NCBI GenBank assembly: GCA_048938895.1
Contig: JBHLLU010000011.1
Coordinates: 30,265-94,264 of the forward strand
Reading direction: 5' to 3'
Length of the DNA: 64,000 nucleotides
Source: Promethearchaeota archaeon
Lineage (GTDB): Archaea; Asgardarchaeota; Lokiarchaeia; Sigyniarchaeales; SOKP01
The notes beneath the pieces are model-generated. The model was given only the letters and a program-made list of their open reading frames with translations. It ran no database searches and had not been told where the DNA came from. Made by a program: the position numbers and the translations under genes. Positions 56,522-64,000 of this stretch are shown one piece after another (the first letter of the stretch is position 1; each line of letters begins with the position of its first letter).

Positions 56522-58930
56522 ATGTCTGACGAGCAACCTTATTCTTCAAAAAAGTCAAAACCTAGTAAAAACAGGATTAAACAAAAAGTTCAAGGTTTCA
56601 CCTCTAAACAAAGAACTAAATTATATAGAATATCATCAAAAGTAAGAAATCAATTGTCTTCTTTTTATTCAGATAAAATTATTCATCAGGAAGTATATAT
56701 AGATGGGAAAATACCAAAGTCATATTCTTTCCAGAAAAAATTTTATGGATTATATGCAATATTTATTGTCTATTCCCTATTATTAATTGTAGCAATTAAT
56801 TTGCAGGAGAAAACATGGGTTAACATACTCATGTTTGGCAATCCCTTTGTTTTTTCAAACACTATAGTGGCCTTTTTTTTGGTACTTTCATTTATTTTCA
56901 GTGTAGATAAAATAAGAATCTTCTTTTTTGAAAAAAAATCAGCTATTAAACAAGTTATCTTATATTTTGTATTAATTTTAGTGTTATTTATAGTATTATT
57001 GTATTTGTACTACTCCATACATCTCAATTTTATGACGTATCTGTTAACTTTAGCAATGATTTGGTTATTACTTTTAAGCAGTCGATTCTATATCTATTCA
57101 AGAAAATTCTCAACAAAAATCGAAGCAAGATTTATAAAAAAATATTCAATTCCAAGATACTTACTTGCGATTATTATCCCATTTATTATACTAGGGATCT
57201 TAGTCGTGATATCATTATTTTATCGGAGTCTTTTAGTATTTATATCATTAGATATTTTTGGAAAGGTTGACCCGACAAGTGCAGTAAGAGTTTATAATTT
57301 AGAAATGAGGGTAATTATGCCTCTAATTTATTTCAGTCTAGTAATGACACTTGTCTTTATCATCTTCGAATTTGTACTTACTAGAAGACGAGCAGAAACG
57401 AAGAGAGCAGGGACATTTGATAACTTCACTTTTTCTTTAATTGTTCTTTTTATTTTCTTTTTTCAAATTTTTCAAATTAGTGTTTTCATGTTTCTTCAGG
57501 AAGATACCGTTACTGCATTAAAAGCAACGATTGGGGCAACAGGTTCAGCAACATCTTATATTTTCTTATTGGAATTTATTGTATCTATGTATTTCTTATA
57601 TCGAATTGTTAAGAAAACAGGAGGTACATTAGGATGGCGTATACTTTTTTTTAAAAAAGATGGTTTAATCTTATTATGCCTAGCCTGTGTTCTTGCCCAG
57701 ACTTTATCTCGCTTCGCGCTATCATATGAAGTTCAGAATCAAGCTTTAAGTGATGTAGGTGTAGTGCTTATGGCAGATAAATATATTATTTCTGTTCTCA
57801 TGATTTTTTTCTTGGGGAGTACAATATTAGTCTATTATTTAAAACCTCATGAAACCTCCATGTTTATGAGATTACAAAAAGAAACAGTTGGTGAAATAGA
57901 AAAAAATATGGATAAAATTTACAATATTATTAGGAGTGAATATATAAGAAGAGGTGAAGCTTATCCCCTCGAAATCATTGAAAGAGAGCTCATCAAAGCA
58001 ACTCAATTATCACTAGGAAATGTCTACAATCTTTTGGAACAACTAGCGAGAAAAGATATGGATGTATTAATCACTGAGGAAAAACAAGATTTGGGAAAAC
58101 CCATAAAAATGATTAATTTTGTCTCGGTTACTGAACGTTTTGAGAAGAAAGGGATTGCGAAGAAAAAAGCAAGAAGATATCTGAGCGAGAGATTATTAGA
58201 AACGGCATTAGAAAAAGATAGAAAAACTAGTAGATTAAAAAGTGTGCCTGAAACTGGTGAAGCAACTAACAGTTTTATCTCTTCATTATCAACAAATTAT
58301 GGTAAGAAACAAAAAGATGAAGTTTTACGTAAGGAAAAACTAAAAGAGACAGAAATTTCATTTAGTTCTGTTACAGAAGATTTGAAATATCAAATTATTC
58401 AAATAATAAAAAAAGAGTACATATATAGAATGGAAAATCCAGAAAAGACTCCTGATTTCTATATACCTATATCTGAAATTGCTAATGAAATTGAATTAGC
58501 TACAAAAATAACACCTGGAGAATTATATCTTATTTTAGAAGAATTTAATAAAACCGATTTAGAAATTTCTTTAGTAGAAAATCCGGATGAGCCTGAAGAT
58601 AAAAAGATAAAGATACTACCCTTTACTGATGATAACATGAACTATTCATTAGCCAATTTTAGACCAAAAGAATATACTAATTTCAGAATTATAGTCACCA
58701 AATTTTTTCTTAAAAACTTAAAAGCAAAAAGAGAAAAAAGAGTTCTATTCCAAATTAAAAGACAAATTCCTGATAATACTGAATCTCAAAGGTCTTGGGT
58801 TGTTTTAATGGATACTTTATATAAATATTATCCATTATATTCAGAGCAGTTGAAAAGAAGTCCAGATGCTCCCAAAATGAGGAAACTTATTGATAATATT
58901 ATCAAAGTTTTCGAAAAGAAACAATCCTGA
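56522..58930 (+). CDS. Large polytopic membrane protein with C-terminal cytoplasmic tandem winged-helix-like repeats
   Basis: K/S-rich N-terminus and about 10 hydrophobic helices (aa ~75-440). The soluble C-terminus has two similar modules: IYNIIRSEYIRRGEAYPLEIIERELIKATQLSLGNVYNLLEQL and IIQIIKKEYIYRMEN...IPISEIANEIELATKITPGELYLILEEF. Confidence 0.55.
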   Translation: MSDEQPYSSKKSKPSKNRIKQKVQGFTSKQRTKLYRISSKVRNQLSSFYSDKIIHQEVYIDGKIPKSYSFQKKFYGLYAIFIVYSLLLIVAINLQEKTWVNILMFGNPFVFSNTIVAFFLVLSFIFSVDKIRIFFFEKKSAIKQVILYFVLILVLFIVLLYLYYSIHLNFMTYLLTLAMIWLLLLSSRFYIYSRKFSTKIEARFIKKYSIPRYLLAIIIPFIILGILVVISLFYRSLLVFISLDIFGKVDPTSAVRVYNLEMRVIMPLIYFSLVMTLVFIIFEFVLTRRRAETKRAGTFDNFTFSLIVLFIFFFQIFQISVFMFLQEDTVTALKATIGATGSATSYIFLLEFIVSMYFLYRIVKKTGGTLGWRILFFKKDGLILLCLACVLAQTLSRFALSYEVQNQALSDVGVVLMADKYIISVLMIFFLGSTILVYYLKPHETSMFMRLQKETVGEIEKNMDKIYNIIRSEYIRRGEAYPLEIIERELIKATQLSLGNVYNLLEQLARKDMDVLITEEKQDLGKPIKMINFVSVTERFEKKGIAKKKARRYLSERLLETALEKDRKTSRLKSVPETGEATNSFISSLSTNYGKKQKDEVLRKEKLKETEISFSSVTEDLKYQIIQIIKKEYIYRMENPEKTPDFYIPISEIANEIELATKITPGELYLILEEFNKTDLEISLVENPDEPEDKKIKILPFTDDNMNYSLANFRPKEYTNFRIIVTKFFLKNLKAKREKRVLFQIKRQIPDNTESQRSWVVLMDTLYKYYPLYSEQLKRSPDAPKMRKLIDNIIKVFEKKQS

Positions 58931-59074
58931 GTGGAATCTATAAAAATTTTTAATCATTAGTCGTTTTTGGTCTATATTATCCCCTTTTCTTTGTCACGAT
59001 TTTAAAGTTCAGAATATTTAGAAAAAATCATTCTTTTCAATATTTAATAAATTTAACATACTCCATCTGAAAAA

Positions 59075-60355
59075 ATGCCAAATAAAGGATCAGAAAAATC
59101 CCCATTGCAAATATTTTTCGGACTTTCTTCCTTTCAAATGCTTGCGATGTTTAGAAGAGGAATGTTTTACACATTTCTATCAATTTATTTGAAAGAATTT
59201 CTAGACATGTCAGTTTGGGAAACAACATTATATGCTACCTTACCTATGGTAATGAGTGTCATATTCCAAAACTTTGTATGGGGTCCTATAAGTGATAAAG
59301 TTCAACGTCGTCGAACATTCATCATATGTGGGGAAATTTCAGCTGGTGTTGGTACATTAATAATTTGGGCAATACATTTCTCCATTCGAAATTTGTATCT
59401 AGCGGGATATATTATCATTATTGGTCTTAGTGGGGTTGAAATGTTTTGGTCAATGTCGAATATAGGATGGAGCGCATTGATAAGTGATTTATATCCTTCT
59501 GAAAAACGTAGCAAACTAATGGGCCAATTAACCAGTTTAGGTGGTGTAGGAAGAATAATTGGAATATTTATAGGTGGCATATTATATGATTCTGGTTTTG
59601 GATTCAGAAATGGACCTTTATTTTTCGTGGCTTCAGGTGTAATGTTTGTCTCGTCGCTCCCTATGTTATTAGCTCCCGAAGGCGGAATTGAACATGAAGA
59701 TCTTAAAAATGAAGAATTATCAAATGAAATTAACAATAATCAAAAAAAATTGTTTGTATTTATTGTTTTCATAATAGCCTTAATTTTTATAAATTTTGGA
59801 AGGAATTCCATTGCTGTACCTTATTCGCAGTATCTTTCTTTAGATTCAGGATTTAATTTAAATAGTATAATGTTGAGTCTAGTAGCAAATATGCGATCAA
59901 TAGCAGCAATGACGATTGGATTTACAGCAGGATTTTTAAGTAGAAAGCTTGGTCATTCTCAGACATTAATTTTTGGTACCTTAGTAGGGATTATCGCTCT
60001 GATAATTACTGCCACAACTAGTATCTTACAAATAATTTTTATAGGTGGATTTTTATTGGGAGCAGCAGAGGTTATAATATATGCATCGTCGTATGCCATT
60101 GCTTCAATACTAATTTCGGCGAAAACGAGAGGAACACTCTTTGCGGTTTACAACACAACCTTTTTTCTATCATGGGGTTCGGCTAGCACACTAATCAGTG
60201 GTCCTTTAATTGATTTTTTGATAAACAAAGGAATAAGCGAGGTATTTGCTTATCAATGTGCGTTTCTAGTAGGAGCAATACTATGTATTGTTGGATTACT
60301 AATATTCATTATTTTAGAAATATGGTTAAAAATTAAAAGAACGGGAGGAGGTTAG
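59075..60355 (+). CDS. MFS transporter
   Basis: About 12 TM helices in two halves, with an MFS loop 2-3-like motif (GPISDKVQRRR). Confidence 0.8.
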   Translation: MPNKGSEKSPLQIFFGLSSFQMLAMFRRGMFYTFLSIYLKEFLDMSVWETTLYATLPMVMSVIFQNFVWGPISDKVQRRRTFIICGEISAGVGTLIIWAIHFSIRNLYLAGYIIIIGLSGVEMFWSMSNIGWSALISDLYPSEKRSKLMGQLTSLGGVGRIIGIFIGGILYDSGFGFRNGPLFFVASGVMFVSSLPMLLAPEGGIEHEDLKNEELSNEINNNQKKLFVFIVFIIALIFINFGRNSIAVPYSQYLSLDSGFNLNSIMLSLVANMRSIAAMTIGFTAGFLSRKLGHSQTLIFGTLVGIIALIITATTSILQIIFIGGFLLGAAEVIIYASSYAIASILISAKTRGTLFAVYNTTFFLSWGSASTLISGPLIDFLINKGISEVFAYQCAFLVGAILCIVGLLIFIILEIWLKIKRTGGG

Positions 60356-60364
60356 AAAAAGAGA

Positions 60365-61363
60365 CTAGTCACTATCACTTTCCCACCACTCTGAAATTTG
60401 AGAAATGTACTGGTCATCCCATAATGTTTTAATTTTACATCTTTTTGTACATTCTAAGCATTTTTCAGGGGCATAAATCGGATTAGAAATATATTTTTCT
60501 CCACTATCTGGAAGCAATACAACTAAAGTACCAGATTTCATTTTTCTTACAGTTTCTAATGCAACATGTAAAGCTGCTCCTGAACTAATACCTGTAAAAA
60601 TACCTTCTTGTAATGCCAACATCCGAGACGCATGTGCAGCATCTTCCATAGTAACATATACTTTTTCGTCAATTCTTGATTCATCATAGATTTCGGGGAT
60701 ATATGATGTTTCCAAACTCTTTAAACCTTGAATCGGTTCTCCTGCTTCAGGTTCAACAGCTATAATCTTAACCTCAGGATTAAATTCTTTCAATCTTTTT
60801 GAAATTCCCATTAATGTTCCTGAAGTTCCAAGCCCAGCAACAAAAATGTCAATTTCACCATCCGTATCCTCTATTATTTCCTCTGCGGTATACCGATAAT
60901 GTGCTAAAGGGTTGTTTTCATTCGCAAATTGATTTGGAAAAAAATATTTCTCGGGATTCTCTTTAACTCGAGCTTTAACATAGTCTTGTGCTCCATTCAT
61001 TCCTGTTTCTCCAGGAGTTAATGTTATTTTTGCACCATATGCTGTCATTATTTTACGACGTTCAACTGACATACTCTCAGGCATCACTATTTCTAATTGA
61101 TATTCTTTTACAGCACAAACTAAGGATAATCCTATACCAGTGTTTCCACTACTTGGTTCTATTACAATTTTATCCTTTGTTAAAATGCCTTCTTTTTCAG
61201 CTTCTTCTATCATGGAAATTGCTATTCTATCTTTAACAGAGCCAGCAGGATTATATTTCTCTAATTTAGCTAACATTAATACATTTGGATTCGGGTTGCT
61301 TTTTTCAATTCGAACCAAGGGTGTTTTTCCAATTAATTTTAAAATATTAGAGTAGTATTTCAT
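60365..61363 (-). CDS. cysK: Cysteine synthase (O-acetyl/O-phosphoserine sulfhydrylase) with Cys-containing C-terminal extension
   Basis: IGKTPLVRIE...LAKLEKYNPAGSVKDRIA (PLP-Lys motif), SSGNTG and GTSGTL (PLP phosphate loop). An extra ~30-aa tail carries CLECTKRC. Confidence 0.85.
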   Translation of the reverse strand: MKYYSNILKLIGKTPLVRIEKSNPNPNVLMLAKLEKYNPAGSVKDRIAISMIEEAEKEGILTKDKIVIEPSSGNTGIGLSLVCAVKEYQLEIVMPESMSVERRKIMTAYGAKITLTPGETGMNGAQDYVKARVKENPEKYFFPNQFANENNPLAHYRYTAEEIIEDTDGEIDIFVAGLGTSGTLMGISKRLKEFNPEVKIIAVEPEAGEPIQGLKSLETSYIPEIYDESRIDEKVYVTMEDAAHASRMLALQEGIFTGISSGAALHVALETVRKMKSGTLVVLLPDSGEKYISNPIYAPEKCLECTKRCKIKTLWDDQYISQISEWWESDSD

Positions 61364-61462
61364 AGACTAGCACTCATTACATTATCTTTAACTATAAAAA
61401 TATCAAAATAGCTTTAAAGTTTTATTTATAAATTATAAAAAAGGGATCTAAAAAAATATTAC

Positions 61463-61645
61463 TCAAGATGTTTTTTCTTGGCATTTTTCACATACAAGAC
61501 TATCAGCAGGCCTATAACCACATTTTTTTCCACACCAATAAAGTATTTCTCCAGTCTCTTCATCTATTATTATATCTTGACTTCCACCTGGCAGTGTTTC
61601 CATTATATTCCCACATTTGCAACATCTTAATTGCAACCTGTTCAA
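61463..61645 (-). CDS. Small zinc-ribbon protein (60 aa)
   Basis: Cys pairs CCKCG...CGKKCG...CEKC. Immediately downstream of copA on the same strand. Confidence 0.45.
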   Translation of the reverse strand: MNRLQLRCCKCGNIMETLPGGSQDIIIDEETGEILYWCGKKCGYRPADSLVCEKCQEKTS

Positions 61646-61663
61646 AATTTCACCAATAATTAA

Positions 61664-64000
61664 TTATTCAATAATTTCCATCTTTTTTCCATGATGTTCT
61701 GGAATTGGTTGAGCACCACAACTAGCCCCCATCCAGCAGACTAATTGATCACCTTCTTTATGCATTGCTTTTCCACAATGCATTGGTAATTCTTGTTCTA
61801 ATCCACATTCCATACATTTTAATTTACTCATGCTTTTATCAACCTCACTTTTTTGTATTTCAATATTTTCTAATTCTTTTTTTGTATCTATTACCTGATT
61901 TTTAATTTGCATTAATTTTGGATCCATAGCATCGTAATTTTTAAATTTTTCAGGTTCTCGTTTAAAATGAGCTTCGCAATTAGGGTTACAGAAATGATAA
62001 ATTTTACCATTATATTCAAATTCAATTGCTCGTCTTGGATCTATTTTCATTCCACATACCGGGTCTGTAACCTTTTCTTGAGATATTAACAACCTTTCTT
62101 CTTCAATTTGTTGTGGTGTTTTAGGTTCATATCTCCTTAAGAATAAGGCATTTGTTACTACTGATACTGAACTAGTTGCCATGAAGACAGCTGCTAAATA
62201 TGGTGGTAAGAAAAATCCAGTTAACCCAAATAGCAATCCAGCAGCTAATGGGATTCCAATAATATTATAAATGAATGCCCAAAATAGATTTGTTATCATT
62301 TTCTTATAAGTTTTTTTTGATAAATTAATTGCTGAAACAACATTTCTCACATCACCTCTCATGAGCACAATATCTGCTGTTTCAATTGCTACATCTGTGC
62401 CAGAACCAATTGCGATACCTACATCTGCCTGTGCTAATGCTGGTGCATCATTTATACCATCACCAACCATCCCTACAATTTTCTGATCTCCTGATTTTTG
62501 GAGTTCTTGAACTTTTAAAGCTTTTTCATTAGGTAAAACTTCTGCAAGTATATGTTTCTCATCAATTTTCAAGAGTGTACCTATACTTAATGCTGTTTGT
62601 AAATTATCACCTGTTATCATATAGATATCTAAACCCATTTCTCTCAATCTTTCTAATGCATAAGGTGCTTGATCTTTAATTCTATCAGAAATACCAATAA
62701 TACCTCTGATTTTGTTATCTATACCAATGAAAATTGTAGTTATTCCTTGTTTTTGAAATTCAAGAAATTTCATTTTATAATCCTCAATTATTATATTATT
62801 ATCCGTCATCAGTTTATCATTTCCAATTAAGATTTCTTTATTTTCTATTTTTGTTTTAATTCCCTTCCCAGATATAGCATCAAAATCTGAAGGAGTTTTG
62901 AGAGAAAGCTCTCTTTGATTTGCCTCTTCGATTATCGCTCTTCCAAGTGGATGTTCAGATCCCATTTCAGCACTCCCTGCATATAACAAAATATCATTAT
63001 CATCATAACCAGTACCATTTAAAGCTTTTTCAGCAAAAATTACTGAGACTTTTGGCTTGCCAACAGTTAAAGTCCCAGTTTTGTCAAATACAATTGTATT
63101 AATATTGTTAATCGATTCGAGAGAATCTCCACCCTTGATTAAAAGCCCATTTTCAGCACCTTTTCCTGTTCCGACCATTACAGCTGTGGGAATGGCTAGT
63201 CCTAAAGCACATGGACATGCAATAACTACAACTGATGTAAAAACCAGTAAGGAAGTTTCTAACCTTATTGGTTCTAGTCTGGAAAAAAATTGTGGTCCAA
63301 CAAAATACCAAAAAAGAAATGCGCTAATTGCTATGATTACAACTAAGGGGACAAAATAATTACTAACTTTATCCGCTAATTGTTGTTTTGCCGCTTTTCT
63401 GCTTTGAGCCTGTTTAACAAAATCAATAATCTGAAATAATAAAGTATCTTTTCCTATTTTCTCAGTTTCAATATGAATAAGTCCATTTTGATTAACTGTT
63501 GCTCCAATTACTTCACTATCTATTCCTTTTTTAACATATTTACTTTCACCCGTGATCATAGATTCATCAACTTTTGTCTTTCCTTTAATTACTTTGCCAT
63601 CTACAGGAATTTTCTCGCCAGGTCTCACAACCAATATATCTCCTACTTCTATCTCCTCTATAGGGATTTCCAATTCTTTTCCATCTTTTAAAATGGTCGC
63701 TGTCTTTGGTTGTAATCCAATTAATTTTTTTATAGCCTCAGAAGTTTGTCCTTTAGTTTTATGTTCAAGATATTTTCCTATTAATAAAAAAGTGGTGATC
63801 ATACTCATAGCTTCGTAAAATGTTTTACCTGAGATTAGGAACGTAGTTAAAATGGAATATACTAGCGCTGTAGATGTACCTAATGCCACTAATACATCCA
63901 TATTTGTTGACTTATTTTTTAAGGATCTATAGGCACCTATGAGAAAAAATGAGCTTGAAACTCCGTAATTTGTAATTGCTAAAAAAAATAGGAGGAGGTT
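61664..64000 (-). CDS. copA: Copper-translocating P1B-type ATPase with C-terminal TRASH/YHS domain (N-terminus beyond window end)
   Basis: CPC ([14 protein letters not shown]), DKTGTLT and GDGINDAP motifs. C-terminal [10 protein letters not shown]...[12 protein letters not shown] (YHS/TRASH) plus a Cys/His tail. The reading frame stays open from 63901 to nt 64000 (…[25 protein letters not shown]). Confidence 0.9.
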   Translation of the reverse strand, partial: NLLLFFLAITNYGVSSSFFLIGAYRSLKNKSTNMDVLVALGTSTALVYSILTTFLISGKTFYEAMSMITTFLLIGKYLEHKTKGQTSEAIKKLIGLQPKTATILKDGKELEIPIEEIEVGDILVVRPGEKIPVDGKVIKGKTKVDESMITGESKYVKKGIDSEVIGATVNQNGLIHIETEKIGKDTLLFQIIDFVKQAQSRKAAKQQLADKVSNYFVPLVVIIAISAFLFWYFVGPQFFSRLEPIRLETSLLVFTSVVVIACPCALGLAIPTAVMVGTGKGAENGLLIKGGDSLESINNINTIVFDKTGTLTVGKPKVSVIFAEKALNGTGYDDNDILLYAGSAEMGSEHPLGRAIIEEANQRELSLKTPSDFDAISGKGIKTKIENKEILIGNDKLMTDNNIIIEDYKMKFLEFQKQGITTIFIGIDNKIRGIIGISDRIKDQAPYALERLREMGLDIYMITGDNLQTALSIGTLLKIDEKHILAEVLPNEKALKVQELQKSGDQKIVGMVGDGINDAPALAQADVGIAIGSGTDVAIETADIVLMRGDVRNVVSAINLSKKTYKKMITNLFWAFIYNIIGIPLAAGLLFGLTGFFLPPYLAAVFMATSSVSVVTNALFLRRYEPKTPQQIEEERLLISQEKVTDPVCGMKIDPRRAIEFEYNGKIYHFCNPNCEAHFKREPEKFKNYDAMDPKLMQIKNQVIDTKKELENIEIQKSEVDKSMSKLKCMECGLEQELPMHCGKAMHKEGDQLVCWMGASCGAQPIPEHHGKKMEIIE

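Noticed and set aside
59302-59736. 144-aa minus-strand ORF
   Set aside because: It is antisense inside the MFS transporter gene, whose 12-TM organisation is coherent. No motif supports the antisense frame.
1-64000. CRISPR arrays, rRNA genes, transposases/integrases, prophage or large direct repeats
   Set aside because: I scanned the intergenic regions and ORF translations. There are no regularly spaced direct repeats, no DDE, tyrosine or serine recombinase motifs, no capsid, terminase or portal-like proteins, and no GC-rich structured-RNA-sized islands apart from the weak patches at 26.8-27.2 kb.

Overview
This is a roughly 64 kb, very AT-rich and densely coding archaeal chromosomal segment. 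I found no rRNA, convincing tRNA, CRISPR array, transposase or integrase. All functional calls rest on reading motifs in the supplied ORF translations; no searches were run.

Archaeal-type housekeeping and energy genes:
- PurA (5'-truncated by the window start), a PiT phosphate transporter with a DUF47/PhoU-like partner, and a CDP-alcohol phosphatidyltransferase.
- An FbaB-type class I aldolase.
- An HdrA-MvhD fusion and a separate HdrB/HdrC-like pair.
- The COG1900(+CBS)/NIL-ferredoxin homocysteine pair, CysK and HisJ-type PHP phosphatase.
- A CopA P-type ATPase that runs off the window end.

Interleaved with these is an unusual density of eukaryote-signature-like proteins:
- A Rab/Ras-like small GTPase and an MglA/Arf-like GTPase.
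- A tandem roadblock/LC7 protein.
- A gelsolin-domain protein with a C-terminal HeH/SAP-like motif.
- An LRR+TPR protein and a HEAT-repeat protein.
- Two tandem vWA proteins carrying a PHD/RING-like C4HC3 cysteine signature.
- Three MPN/JAMM paralogs.

This combination points, by inference, to an Asgard (Lokiarchaeia-like) genome.

The most interesting locus is 47.5-56.1 kb:
- One strand carries a JAMM(+) gene, a ChlI/ChlD-like AAA+-vWA fusion and an ATP-grasp ligase.
- The divergent strand carries a zinc-ribbon protein and a translationally coupled MPN+/MPN- paralog pair.
- Each member of that pair has a roughly 300-aa coiled-coil tail, an architecture reminiscent of eukaryotic MPN+/MPN- heterodimers.
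- No ubiquitin, E1 or E2 was recognised in the window.
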